64,000 nt of DNA, taken from Octopus vulgaris. Its lineage: Eukaryota. Positions 1 through 13,015 of the stretch are shown here, in pieces. The notes under the pieces were generated by a model. The model was not told the origin of the DNA, did no database searches, and was given only the letters and a program-made list of their open reading frames with translations. Within the stretch, counting starts at the first letter, position 1. Every line of letters starts with the position of its first letter. A program made the position numbers and the translations under genes. The stretch covers positions 171,802,001 to 171,866,000 of the forward strand of contig OX597816.1 in the NCBI GenBank assembly GCA_951406725.2, in the 5' to 3' direction.

Positions 1-332
1 CTCACATTTCATAAAGTAACTAAAAGTGATTATAACGAATGAGTTTCTAAATAGAGTAAATTGTAATTGTAAAAAAGAAGTTTCTTAATTACGACAAAAA
101 CAAAACTTAACGATAATATTGATCATGGAGCGAACAGAGCATATAAGAAGGGATTAGTTAGTACAGAAAGCCAAGGATTAGGGGCACAGAAAACCAAGGA
201 AGGCCCACTTGCCTCTCTGTTGATCCCATCCCTAAAAACATCCAAAACTCACAACCCCCATAGATATTGAAAAGAAAGAACCACTCCGAACGGAGATCCG
301 AAATCAGAGCTGTTTCGCCTGATCCAATTTCT

Positions 333-560
333 TTAGTTGGTCCAAGCAGTAAGGAGCGACTGAAGAAATTTCCTGTTTGTTAGACTGGAATTCGATGTTC
401 TACTTTTCGTTACATTTATTTTGACATCCGACCGTTTGATATGAAGTGCTTTAGGTAAACGCAGGCGGCATGACCATATGGTCAAGAAGTTCAGTTTGTA
501 ATCACGACGTCTCTGATTCAATCGCACTGTATGGCATCGTAGGCAAATGCTTTTTACCTT
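333..560 (-). pseudogene. Possible decayed C-terminus of a PLE GIY-YIG endonuclease
   Basis: The minus-strand translation RLRLPKALHIKRSDVKIN resembles the PLE EN terminal motif L..LEALHIK...P.IN. A half-HHR (caggc GAAA cagc TC) follows at ~308-322. Weak. Confidence 0.3.
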
Positions 561-1572
561 AGCATTGAATCGAGCTTTATGAGTGAAAATAGTTAACTGG
601 AAACAGTTGTATGGGTACCTGTAATTTAATGGCCCTACCTTATTGAATATTGTATTACACTGATTCTACCTGATAATTTACTTTAGGGTTGCATGTATCT
701 GCTGCATACTCAGCCTCTTGTACTCAATTTAACTAGTAAGTATTTCAGTTGATGGAACAATTGAATAGTCAGCGTCGAAACCGAAGAACGTAGATGGCTG
801 AGTCAAAAGTCTATGGACTAATAAACCTCAAATTAGGCAAAGGATTCCCTATCATCAGTATTGCATTATAACTATGGCTATGTCACTTTACTCGCAAATG
901 ACCACATCCACGTAACTGTCTAAAGGAACATGGCATCACTGTGAGGCTTGTCTGCAAATGCAAAATCAGTGAATGTTCAACAGCTTTCAGTTCTTAGTTC
1001 ATTTCTTCTTGGGTGAATAGTTTGTATTCTGCATTTCTAACTTAGCCTACATGAACACAAAACATTGGTACCCGCCTGAATTATTGGAATCAAGTTTTTA
1101 ATCACTTTGAATCAAATATGTCATTCCTTCTCAAACAAGATGCAAACTAGATGCATTTATTCATTTTTACAAGCTACTAACCAAAAGAATTTCTTCAATT
1201 TTATTTCCATCAACAAAAAAAAAAGGTTACTATCGGTGAGGGGTAGTGGAAGTGGTGGAAGTGGTGGTGACAGTAGTCGTTGTCGTCTGCTGTTTTTTGC
1301 GGTGGATGATGATTGCAATAATTTATTCGGTCGCTAGAACAGCAATGTAATCTTAGTCATTAAGCAGTATATGTACTCTACATTCACGGGATAGGCCAGC
1401 GAAATTAAACACCTAAGGATATGAATTTATTTATTTGTTTATTTATCTATTCATAACCCATGCTGTATTGGTACATTTGCACTCAGTGTCAGGCCATCAA
1501 CCTTATTCACTATTATGTAAATATATTGTGTCAGGCACACGTTTTGTCTATGTTCTAATTAGTAACCTTTCG

Positions 1573-1955
1573 CTTATCAAAGAAGCTTGAGAGGCGGTTG
1601 GATGGAACCTACACTCGCCTCCTTATGAGAGCTCAAAATCTCTCGTGGAAGCGCCATCCAACCAAAATGCAAATATATGGGAAACTACCACCTGTGTCAT
1701 CTCTTGTGAAAGGTAGGAGAGTCCAGTTTGCTGGACATTGTTGTAGAGCTGAAAAAGAAGTAATTTCTACTCTTCTCCTCTGGAAGCCATCTACTCGCAA
1801 TACCAGAGGGCGCACACTCTCCTACCCTGATGTAATCTCCAGGGATACAGGCATCCAGCAACAGGACCTCCGTAATGCCACGATGGACTGTGAAGTCTGG
1901 CGTAGCATGGTAAATTCCATTGTCTCGACCACGGTCGAACAATGATGATGATGAT
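1573..1955 (+). mobile_element. 5'-truncated RTE-group LINE, 3' end of ORF2 with (TGA)n tail
   Basis: Translation ..RLDGTYTRLLMRAQNLSWKRHPT..RRVQFAGHCCR..LLLWKP..DCEVWR.. followed directly by tgatgatgatgat. A second copy lies at 13481-13629 (-). Confidence 0.85.
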
Positions 1956-2360
1956 CTATTATCAGCAGTTAGGAGAAATGAGCGAATTCTGGTAAATCAT
2001 TAAATAACCATGAAGACAGTCGTTCCGAATCTGTTGAATGAGACCTCGTCGGGTTAATTTCACAGCGAGACAAAAGACATATCGATATGATTCTTACTTT
2101 CATATTGATGGAAAGTTTTGTTTGTCATCGGCAGTTTGAGAAGAAGAGATCAGTGGATGTTTATGAATTGTTAAATAACAATGAAATTGGTCGGTTCGGA
2201 CTTTATTACAAGCCGCTGAAAATGTCAACGTGGAGTTTTATTCCATTGTGAGATAAAATACATATGTATATATATTGTTTCTGCATTCATTAATAACCGT
2301 TTCCAATACAGGTAATGCACGGCAATTTTGGTTCCCTACTGATTCGGCAATACATCTTTC

Positions 2361-2773
2361 GGATCTTTTCGGTTTGAACGGCAGTTTTTTTCTAGCGGTG
2401 TCATATGAAATTGTTACCCATAATTATGACCCTAGAATCAATCTATTGCATTTAAATCTATTTTAGGGTTAGGGGTGGGGGGAAGGGTATCTTTTTTTCT
2501 TCACAAATGTAAATAAACCCAATCTGTTTCTTAAACTAGGGACATATTCATACGGCACAAAATGTTTCTTTACCTCAATAGACGTGTGAGTGATTGGTTG
2601 AAATTGTAGAAACTTGAAGAAAAAAAAACAATATCTTACAAACTATAGAATTTTCTCAATAAAGCCAAGAGAAAAAGATGTTTTATAAACACATTCTACC
2701 AGTATACGAAGTTTAAACTTTTTTAGTTACCTAGAAATTATGTTAAAAACTGCCGTTCAAACCGAAAAGATCC
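2361..2773. mobile_element. Non-autonomous TIR DNA transposon (MITE), ~413 bp
   Basis: 29-bp TIR ggatcttttcggtttgaacggcagttttt / aaaaactgccgttcaaaccgaaaagatcc. Flanks catctttc / catctctc form an 8-bp TSD with 1 mismatch. A second copy lies at 51753-52170. Confidence 0.9.
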
Positions 2774-3639
2774 CATCTCTCTTATATACACTTAGATACA
2801 TTCTTTATGTAATCAGTCATCCTCTTGCAAATAGCAGCCAAATCTCCCTCCCTTAAACGATACCCTGCTGTCTTGAAATGAGGGTGATGTAGTGAATGAA
2901 GTAGTTTTAAATGCGCAACACTTATTTAGAAAACAAGAATGTCATGGTTGGAGTGCCATTAATTATACATCTGTTCAGTTAGGGTTGGCCCGAGGGCCAA
3001 GCAAACAACTTTAATAGTACTGGTTTCTTTTTTTTTTTTACTTCCGTGGTTAGGAGAAATGAACGAATTCTAGTAAATCATTAAATAAGAATGAAGCCAG
3101 GCGTTTCGAAAAGATGTTTTTTCAGAATGGTCAAAACTGGATCACCTTTGATGATAGATAGGTCTGTTCAGTCAGGATTGATATGGCACTTAAACAACAA
3201 CTACAACAGCAAAGGCGACTTTAATTAACAATCAGATATAATTAAGTTAACAAATGATCTAAAGCATTCAAGTCGATTGCAGGTGTCTTATAAATGGCAG
3301 AGAAATGTGTAGACACGACACAACAGTCAGTAGCTAGTTGTGTTTAACACAATCTGCCCCAAAAGTAGCTTTATTTTTATATTTTATTCCGTGTCATGGT
3401 CACGTTTAGTCACTGTAGATGAGGATGTGCTCACAGCTATTTCTTCATTCTTCGGTATCCGCTGTCGTCGTTAAAAAGCGGATGACACGTCCGGATTGCA
3501 ATTTTTTTTTTTCTTTTTTTCTTTGCTTATTTTTTTTTTTCCCTTTTAACATTATGCACTTTCAATAGGAAATGAGTGTCTATGTATGTACGTAGGTATT
3601 TATGCATAGACGCATGCACATACAAATACCCATACACAG

Positions 3640-3722
3640 CCACCCATCCATCCACCCATCCATCCATCCATCCATCCATCCATCCATACATACATAAATC
3701 CATACATCCATCCATCCATACA

Positions 3723-3756
<34 letters not shown>

Positions 3757-3798
3757 CATACATCATTCATACATATATGTGTGTGTTTATGTATGTAT

Positions 3799-3884
<86 letters not shown>

Positions 3885-3930
3885 GCCACGCACACAGGCT
3901 TAATACATACACACATATATTCATATATGG

Positions 3931-4026
<96 letters not shown>
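3640..4026. repeat. Compound microsatellite (CCAT)n(CATA)n(CT)n(TA)n(CA)n
   Basis: Read directly from the sequence. Confidence 0.95.
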
Positions 4027-4027
<1 letters not shown>

Positions 4028-4412
4028 AAATCTCCGGAGGAGAAGAATGGTATGTTGCTGAACTTCCGCCCTGTCCCTGCTAGTAGTTTGGCTGGCGACG
4101 AGATAATCACGCTGTACCCACTCACAGGGTTACACCGAAACATCGTCTACAGGCAATTTTAGTTGAGGTAAATGAATGAAATCAAATTAAGATATGGATA
4201 TAAATGTTATTCTAAAAGCTTATTCCCTGCTAAAATAGCGGGCTGGAAATCTCTTCTTTAGCAACAGAGCCCGGAAAGGTGGCCACTGCGAAAGACAGAT
4301 CCCTCTTATAATATTCCCGTCATTGTTCAAGGACTAGTTGCGCTACTCAGCGGTTCGTCACAAACAAACCCTGGGGTGACGGCACTAAGAAGTGATGTGT
4401 ATATACCTCGAG

Positions 4413-4570
4413 CATGGCTGTGTGGTAAGAAGCTTGCTTCCCAACCACGTGGTTCCGGGTTCGGTATCACTGTATGCCACTTTGGGCAAATGTCTTCTAC
4501 TATAGTCTCGCGTCGACCAAGGCCTTTTAAGTAGATTTGGTAGATGGAAACTTACAGAAGTCTGTCACAC
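4413..4570 (+). mobile_element. SINE family 1, diverged 5' half
   Basis: tggctgtgtggtaag A-box-like, gggttcggtatc B-box-like, and ttgggcaaatgtcttct core. Confidence 0.75.
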
Positions 4571-4580
4571 ACACACACAC

Positions 4581-4758
4581 GATTTTTTTTTCCTCTGTCT
4601 TCCCTTCTCGGGATCTTTCCTTCTCCTATGTTTCCGACGAAGAGCTCCGTTCGAAACGTTAAACCCTCCTTCTTCCCTTCTTTCCTGAGCGTCCAATAAT
4701 ATTTTATTTGTTCCACGTCCTTGCGTTGTTGTATTTTTTTGTTTTCTTGTTTGGATTA

Positions 4759-4762
<4 letters not shown>
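4581..4762 (+). mobile_element. Short HHR-bearing non-coding element (PLE pLTR/retrozyme-like) in a (CA)/(TA) tract
   Basis: Near-identical inverted copy at 45117-45308 and diverged copy at ~16475-16660. Each abuts (TA)n at the same end. Absent from the paralogous empty site at 4877-5018. Confidence 0.8.
4630..4664 (+). ncRNA. Minimal type-I hammerhead ribozyme motif (U4C variant)
   Basis: gttt CCGACGA a gagc-tcc-gttc GAAA cg TT aaac: stem I gttt/aaac, stem II hairpin, palindromic acgt stem III, GUU site. Confidence 0.6.
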
Positions 4763-4820
<58 letters not shown>

Positions 4821-4911
4821 CATCAATATATAAATGTCCTGAATGGAATTTGGGGTGAGTTATCTCGCCTGTCCATGTAGATTTGGTAGATGGAATCTTA
4901 CAGAAGTCTGT

Positions 4912-4953
<42 letters not shown>

Positions 4954-5449
4954 CATCAATATATCGATGTCCATCACTCCTGAATGGGATTTGGGGTGAG
5001 TTATCTCGCCTGTCCATGACTCAGATATTTTAACACCGGCAATTTGAGAGACACACTAACTGTATTCGTTAAGTATATGAGTTCAATAATTTTTATTACA
5101 CTACCGCTGCTTCTCTTTCATGTTTCCATATATTCTCATGTATGCATTGCCAGGGCATACTAGCAAATAGTTTTCACACTATATGCACAGAGGTCGTGGA
5201 CTGGCGATATGATTCATCGCTGATCCAGTTCGGATACGCGATGTTGATAAGCCACAAAAATGGTGAAACATCAGTGTCTTTTGCTCCTGAAAGGGATCTG
5301 GGGTGGATTATCTCACCTGTCCATGACGTTCAGGTGTTTTAACATTCGGCACTTTGAGAGAGTTTTCTCCACCGCGCTAATCGCAGCCTATGTTAGTGCG
5401 TTAAATATGTTGTTCGTAATGTTTGTTACATTGGCACTGCTTCTATTTC

Positions 5450-5509
<60 letters not shown>

Positions 5510-5516
5510 ATATATA

Positions 5517-5614
<98 letters not shown>
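5450..5614. repeat. (TCTA)n/(TA)n microsatellite
   Basis: Read directly from the sequence. Confidence 0.95.
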
Positions 5615-5615
<1 letters not shown>

Positions 5616-5839
5616 TTTATTTAAAGCAGCAAAAATTCAACAAAATCTGTTACTCTGAGTTTCTCGTTGCCGTTCATCAGACAGTTTCTAACAAAAACTG
5701 TCTGATGAACGGCAACGAGAAACTCAGAGTAACAGATTTTGTTGAATTTTTTGCTGCTTTAAATAAAGCATATTACTCTACCACTGGTACTTGAGTACTC
5801 TTTTTTTCCACCTTGTTTCACATTTATGTGTTTACTCCA

Positions 5840-5840
<1 letters not shown>
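5615..5840 (+). mobile_element. Fold-back element A: ~73-bp inverted arms, 7-nt loop, ~70-bp one-sided tail, within (TA)n
   Basis: 5615-5687 is the reverse complement of 5695-5768 (one indel). (TA)n lies on both sides. Each arm carries an HHR. Confidence 0.85.
5698..5735 (+). ncRNA. Minimal type-I hammerhead ribozyme motif (mirror copy on - strand at ~5647-5684)
   Basis: ctgt CTGATGA a-cg-GCAA-cg-a GAAA ctcagag TA acag: stem I ctgt/acag, GNRA-capped stem II, near-palindromic stem III, GUA site. Confidence 0.7.
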
Positions 5841-5923
<83 letters not shown>

Positions 5924-6489
5924 CGGATCATTAGTAATATATTTAAAAGATAAGGTGTTTCTCTGTATGTCCTGTTAAGCATGTCCAGTGATACACATTA
6001 ACCTGTTATAGCAGTTTCCAGACCGGTGTACATATTTATGCGCATCCGCGAAAACAAAAATGATCGTCGACGCTATTTGAAATTTTTACTTCGCGGTTCA
6101 GTCTTACGCTATTCGTGCAATTTGATTTTCGTTTGTGATATAACACATCTAAATATATTTATTACTTAGCATGTGCTAAAACTCCTCTAAACTTTTTTAT
6201 TTGTGGTTTTAAAATACGGACTGAATCTACCATTCGTTTCTCTTTATAATTTCCAACTAATTTTTTTAAATATTTCAAAATCAAAATCGCATAAATATGT
6301 GTGCCAAAAACAGTAGTTAAAAGTTACGGAAACAAGATTTTTGGGAGATCTCTTATTATGACAGACGCTGTAATTGTTTTTGCTTCAGCACACGATCTCA
6401 GATCAAGTCACTTGCTATGCAAGTACATCTCCGTAATTTAATTTTCATTTATGCCAGAATTTTCGTTGCTCCACCGGTATCACAGACGA

Positions 6490-7609
6490 ACTTTATTCAG
6501 GACAGACACCAGCTGACAGACCAGATTTAACTGACAGAGTATTTAATATGAAGCTTAGGGATCTCTTACATGATATTTTGGAGAAGAATGTTTTGGGAGC
6601 GGTTTCAGGGTACACGTGGACTATAGAGTTCCAAAAGCGTGGACTACCCCATTCTCATATGCTGTTCATATTTTTAAAAAATCCAGGACATTATGATAAA
6701 TTTATTTATGCAGAACTTTCAAATCCACAAACACAACAAATTCTGTTTCAACATGTCACCAAAAGCATGCTACATGGTCCATGTGGAAGGGATAAACCCA
6801 ATGCAATATGTATGGTTGATGGGAAATGTAAAAACATTTCCCTAGAGACTTTCAGGAAATATATTATACAGTTATAATGGCCGTCCACTTTACCGACGTC
6901 GAAATAATGGTTTTACATTTACAAAGTTTAATGTTGAATTAGATAGTCGTTCAGTAGTACCATGTTCCCCCTTCTTTTTAGTCAAATACGGAGGTCATTG
7001 TAATGTATATCTGTAAAATTAGTTAACGATATTAGCAAATACATTCATAAAGGTCATGATCGGGTGACAGTCAATATTAGGGGACAAACCAATGCAGAAC
7101 AAACACACAAATATGAAATTGAAAAATATATTAATGGCCGCGATGTGTCCTGATCAGAGGCAGTCTGGAGGATTTTAGGGTCCAAATTACACGGTCCATA
7201 TCCTGCAGTCCAACAGCTTACAGTTCATTTATCCCAACATCAATACATTTACTTTAATGACGATTATAATATTGAACGTGTTATCCACACACATGATAGG
7301 TCCACTCTCACTGAAAAGGATGTGAGTTGACCGGGAATCGCCATCTGACTCATTTGCATGTACATTACACTACACTGATTTCCTTGAACTTTACACATGG
7401 AATAATAGTGAGAAAATGTGGCATCTCAGAAAAAATGATACACAATAGGCGCAGGAGTGGCTGTGTGGTAAGTAGCTTCCTAACCAACCACATGGTTCGG
7501 GGTTCAGTCCCACTGCGTGGCATCTTGGGCAAGTGTCTTCTGCTATAGCCCCGAGTCGACCAATGCCTTGTGAGTGGATTTGGTAGACGGAAACTGAAAG
7601 AAGCCTGTC

Positions 7610-7675
<66 letters not shown>

Positions 7676-7960
7676 TTGTGTGTCTGTGTTTGTCCCTCTA
7701 GCTTTGCTTGACAACCGATGCTGGTGTGTTTACGTTCCCGTAACTTAGCGGTTCGGCAAAAGAGACCGATAGAATAAGTACTGGGCTTACAAAGAATAAG
7801 CCCTGGGGTTGATTTGCTCGACTAAAGGCGGTGCTCCAGCATGGCCGCAGTCAAATGACTGAAACAAGTAAAAGAGTAAAAGAATCAATTGGGCGTATCT
7901 ACTTTGTTTCGCTAAATGAACAAAAAATATACCCTTAGATGTTTTATGTATGCGTTTAGA
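6490..7960 (+). pseudogene. Helitron RepHel (Rep/HUH domain) remnant, frameshifted, interrupted by a SINE at 7446-7883
   Basis: DRPDLTDRVF, IEFQKRGLPHSHML (HUH), MLHGPCG, PLYRRR, KYIHKGHDR (Y2), EAVWRI and LTVHL. The reading resumes after the SINE as SIGRIYFV. Confidence 0.93.
7446..7883 (+). mobile_element. SINE family 1 (tRNA head, CORE-like box, internal (TA)(TG) tract, (AAAAGAGT)n tail), full length
   Basis: taggcgcaggagtggctgtgtggtaag...gggttcagtccc...ccagcatggccgcagtcaaatgactgaaac. More than 15 copies in the window. Confidence 0.92.
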
Positions 7961-8114
7961 CGCACATATAAATATTATACCTAGTCATCGAATTATCGTG
8001 AAATGGCTGATTTTTCTACAAGTACTGGTACTCCTAAGATAATCGCCAAGAATAATCAGCGTAGCGCACACACTCACATGTGTGCATATACATAATACAT
8101 ATATATATATATAT

Positions 8115-8537
8115 ATAAATTATTAGAGAGTTATCCACTATGTGGATAACTCTAGTGCTAAAAATAGCTCCGAAGCAACCACAGAAGAACAGTTTCCAAC
8201 TAGAATCAACATACATTTGACGGAGGGAAAGTGAAATACAACGAATAAAATAGATTGACTCTATACAATTGTTTCATTACTAATGTAATATGTAGTTTTA
8301 CTTACACTCACATCTATAAATCTTCGGTCAAATGTATGTTGATTCTAGTTGGAAACTGTTCTTCTGTGGTTGCTTCGGAGCTATTTTTAGCACTAGAGTT
8401 ATCCACATAGTGGATAACTCTCTAATAATTTATGTATAAATTTGTATTTTCTCCGTAGTTTTTTGTGCTAAGCCACTTGGTGTTAAATTAATGGTATTAT
8501 TAAATTAATATCGATTTTTCACCCTCATTTATAATTT

Positions 8538-8538
<1 letters not shown>
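8115..8538 (+). mobile_element. Fold-back element B: ~107-bp inverted arms, ~105-bp spacer, ~100-bp tail, within (TA)n
   Basis: 8115-8221 is the reverse complement of 8327-8433. Each arm holds a nested palindrome agagttatccac-tat-gtggataactct. The spacer on the - strand has a degenerate HHR, CCGAAGA...GAAA caattg TA. Confidence 0.8.
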
Positions 8539-8610
<72 letters not shown>

Positions 8611-8618
8611 ATGCGTAT

Positions 8619-9114
8619 CGTCCTTGTACCTCAGCTTCGGACGGCCAATGTTTCTCCGCCCTGCGACAAGCTCTCCGAAGAGGACATCTTTTGGGATCCA
8701 TCTTCCATACGGCGAACGTGGCCAAGCCAGCGCAGCCGATGTTGTCTTATCAAGGTGAGTAAGGTGGGGGGGGGGAGGTACAGGGACGCGTGCAGGGTGG
8801 ATATGAAGGCACTTGGGATCAACATCAATTCCTGGGAGGATCTCGCAACCGACCGAAGCAGCTGGAGAGGCACTCTTCACAAACAACCGCAGACCGGCGA
8901 AGAGAATTTGAGGATGGCGGCAGCTGAAAACCGAACCCGCAGAAAAGAAATAAAAGCCAACAGACCGGATTCAACGTATAGGTGTGACCCCTGCAAACGA
9001 GACTGCCACTCTCGCATCGGTCTCTACAGACACAGGAGGCATTGCTAAAACTGAATAGACGACTCAACGGGCGGATGACATCATCTATGGTCAGCCATGA
9101 CCGACGGAGGCCCT
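8619..9114 (+). mobile_element. RTE-clade LINE 3' fragment with 5' inversion
   Basis: Minus 8619-8765 encodes RLRWLGHVRRMEDG..PKDVLFGEL..GRPKLRYKD. Plus 8775-9048 continues RY.DACRVDMK..DRSSWR..CDPCKRDCHSRIGLYRHRRHC. TSD atgcgtat at 8611-8618 and 9115-9122. Confidence 0.9.
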
Positions 9115-9148
9115 ATGCGTATATACATAGGCATGTACAATCATATTT

Positions 9149-9537
9149 GGAGGCGCAATGGCCCAGTGGTTAGGGCAGCGGACTCGCGGTCGGAGGATCG
9201 CGGTTTCGATTCCCAGACCGGGCATTGTGTGTGTTTATTGAGCGAAAACACCTACAAAAGCTCCACGAGGCTCCGGCAGGGGATTGTGGTGATCCCTGCT
9301 GTACTCTTTCACCACAACTTTCTCTCACTCTTACTTCCTGTTTCTGTTGTACCTGTATTTCAAGGGGCCGGCCTTGTCACTCTCTGTGTCACGCTGAATA
9401 TCCCCGAGAACTACGTTAAGGGTGCACGTGTCTGTGGAGTGCTCAGCCACTTACACGTTAATTTCACGAGCAGGCTGTTCCGTTGATTCGGATCAACCGG
9501 AACCCTCATCGTCGTAACCGACGGAGTGCTTCCATCC
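9149..9537 (+). mobile_element. SINE family 2 (tRNA-derived head), full length
   Basis: tggcccagtggtta A box and ggtttcgattccc B box. 12-bp TSD acaatcatattt. Other copies at 32913, 39178 and 61033. Confidence 0.92.
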
Positions 9538-9982
9538 ACAATCATATTTAACATTTCCGTGTTCACTCGGACATAGAAAGACATACGGCGTATGCATTGC
9601 CTCGAGAGAAATATTCTCCTCACTTCTCCAGATATACAATATGTGTGTAAACACACCATTTGGGATATGACTGACATCATCGAACCGTAGGACGCATGCA
9701 TTCCTTTGTCGTTGCGTTTCATTAGCTACGGATGCAACTGATGGAGTCGTCCTTCATAGCCACTAAAAATAGGTTGTTCTTATATGAGAACAGCAAACGG
9801 AGTATTTGCTGATGTAAGCAAATGCCAACGGCTAAAAGCAAATTCAGTAAAAAATTAGCCAAATTACTTTAGATTATCAGTAGTATTATGCAAGCTGACA
9901 ATATTCTTTGGAATAATCTAGCGTTTCAGCCATCAAGTGGTTTAATGATATAAGTGACAAACGTAACTGCAAAATTACAGGA

Positions 9983-10007
9983 TTCTTCTTCTTCTTCTTC
10001 CTCCTCT

Positions 10008-10039
<32 letters not shown>

Positions 10040-10311
10040 TTCTTCTTCTTCTTCTTCTTCTTCTTCTTCTTCTTCTTCTTCTTCTTCTTCTTCTTCTTCT
10101 TCTTCTTCTTCTTCTTCTTCTTCTTCTTCTTCTTCTTCCTCCTCCTCCTCCTTCTTCTTCTTCTTCTTCTTCTTCTTCTTCTTCTTCTTCTTCTTCTTCT
10201 TCTTCCTCCTCCTCTTCTTCTTCTTCTTCTTCTTCTTCTTCTTCCTCCTCTTCTTCTTCTTCTTCTTCCTCCTCCTCTTCTTCTTCTTCCTCCTCCTCCT
10301 CCTCCTCCTCC

Positions 10312-10349
<38 letters not shown>

Positions 10350-10358
10350 TTCTCCTCT

Positions 10359-10390
<32 letters not shown>

Positions 10391-10519
10391 TTCTTCCTCC
10401 TCTTCTTCGTCTTCTTCTTCTTCTTCTTCTTCTTCTTCTTCTTCTTCTTCTTCTTCTTCTTCTTCTTCTTCTTCTTCTTCTTCTTCTTCTTCTTCTTCTT
10501 CTTCTTCTTCTTCTTCTTT
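9983..10519. repeat. ~540-bp (TTC)n/(TCC)n polypyrimidine tract
   Basis: Read directly from the sequence. Confidence 0.98.
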
Positions 10520-10912
10520 ACAAGACTTTACAAACACTTTACATTGGCTACCTCCTATAGCAGGGCCTTGTTTCGGAAGTTCCAGGATTTTGTTTCCGCG
10601 ATTGGCCTGACCCGAAACAGTTGCAGTTATCAAAGTTCCAGCTATGGTCTAACTCGCATATTAGGGCCTGCTTACCTCTCTACGTGAAAACTGAATTTAG
10701 GAGGACATTGCAGAAAAGAAAAGCACTTTCATGGTTCAACAGAGAGGAAATCGGCTGCAGCAATGCATTGTGGAGTGCAAAGAGCATGATCAGGCAAGAA
10801 AGACATCTTGGTCATCTACTGCATCCGTCTCCATAACTAGTCGTCTTGACTAGGTCTTGCCACTGGATTAAGGACGATTCACGAACGAGAGAATGAGGTT
10901 GACGGTATGCAG

Positions 10913-11141
10913 CGGCGAGCTGGCAGAAACATTAGCACGTCAGACGAAATGCTTAGCGGTATTTCGTCTGCCGCTACGTTCTAAGTTCAAATTCCGCCGA
11001 GGTCGACTTTGCCTTTCATCCTTTCGGGGTCGATTAAATAAGTACCAGTTACACACTGGGGTCGATATAATCGACTTAATCCGTTTGTCTGTCCTTGTTT
11101 GTCCCCTCTGTGTTTAGCCCCTTGTGGGTAGTAAAGAAATA
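10913..11141 (+). mobile_element. SINE family 3 (tRNA-like head, Nin/Deu-like central box gcctttcatcctttcggggtcga)
   Basis: gagctggcagaa...agttcaaattcc boxes and a 9-bp TSD ggtatgcag. Related copies at ~18770-18995, 29490-29615, 41810-42012 and 43972-44587. Confidence 0.85.
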
Positions 11142-11305
11142 GGTATGCAGTTCTTCCTCAATTTCAACAAAGTCACCGGACAATTCATCAGTCATCTTTA
11201 AAGTTGACTTAAATGGTGTTCCCGACTGAAGAACATGGTAGTTATGCGTGAAGCTTGGGACTCTAAAGTAAATTCCAAAGAGTTTTCAGCTCCGGGAATG
11301 AAATC

Positions 11306-11430
11306 ATGTGTGTATGTATGTATGTATGTATGTATGTGTGTATGTATGTATGTATGTATGTATGCATGTATGTATGTATGTATGTATGTATGTATGTATG
11401 TATGTATGTATGTATGTATGTATGTATGTA

Positions 11431-11509
<79 letters not shown>
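11306..11509. repeat. (TATG)n(TG)n microsatellite
   Basis: Read directly from the sequence. Confidence 0.95.
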
Positions 11510-11511
<2 letters not shown>

Positions 11512-11521
11512 CTATTCATAT

Positions 11522-13015
<1,494 letters not shown>

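Noticed and set aside
2460-2482. TTAGGG repeats as an interstitial telomere
   Set aside because: Only 2-3 units, and they are internal to a MITE.
7446-7530. tRNA-like heads (also at 9149, 49841 and 62069) as tRNA genes
   Set aside because: They are embedded in multi-copy SINE bodies with tails and TSDs, and do not form complete cloverleaves.
9926-10633. 235-aa Glu/Lys-rich and 218-aa Ser/Phe-rich ORFs
   Set aside because: They are translations of the (TTC)n tract, with no coding context.
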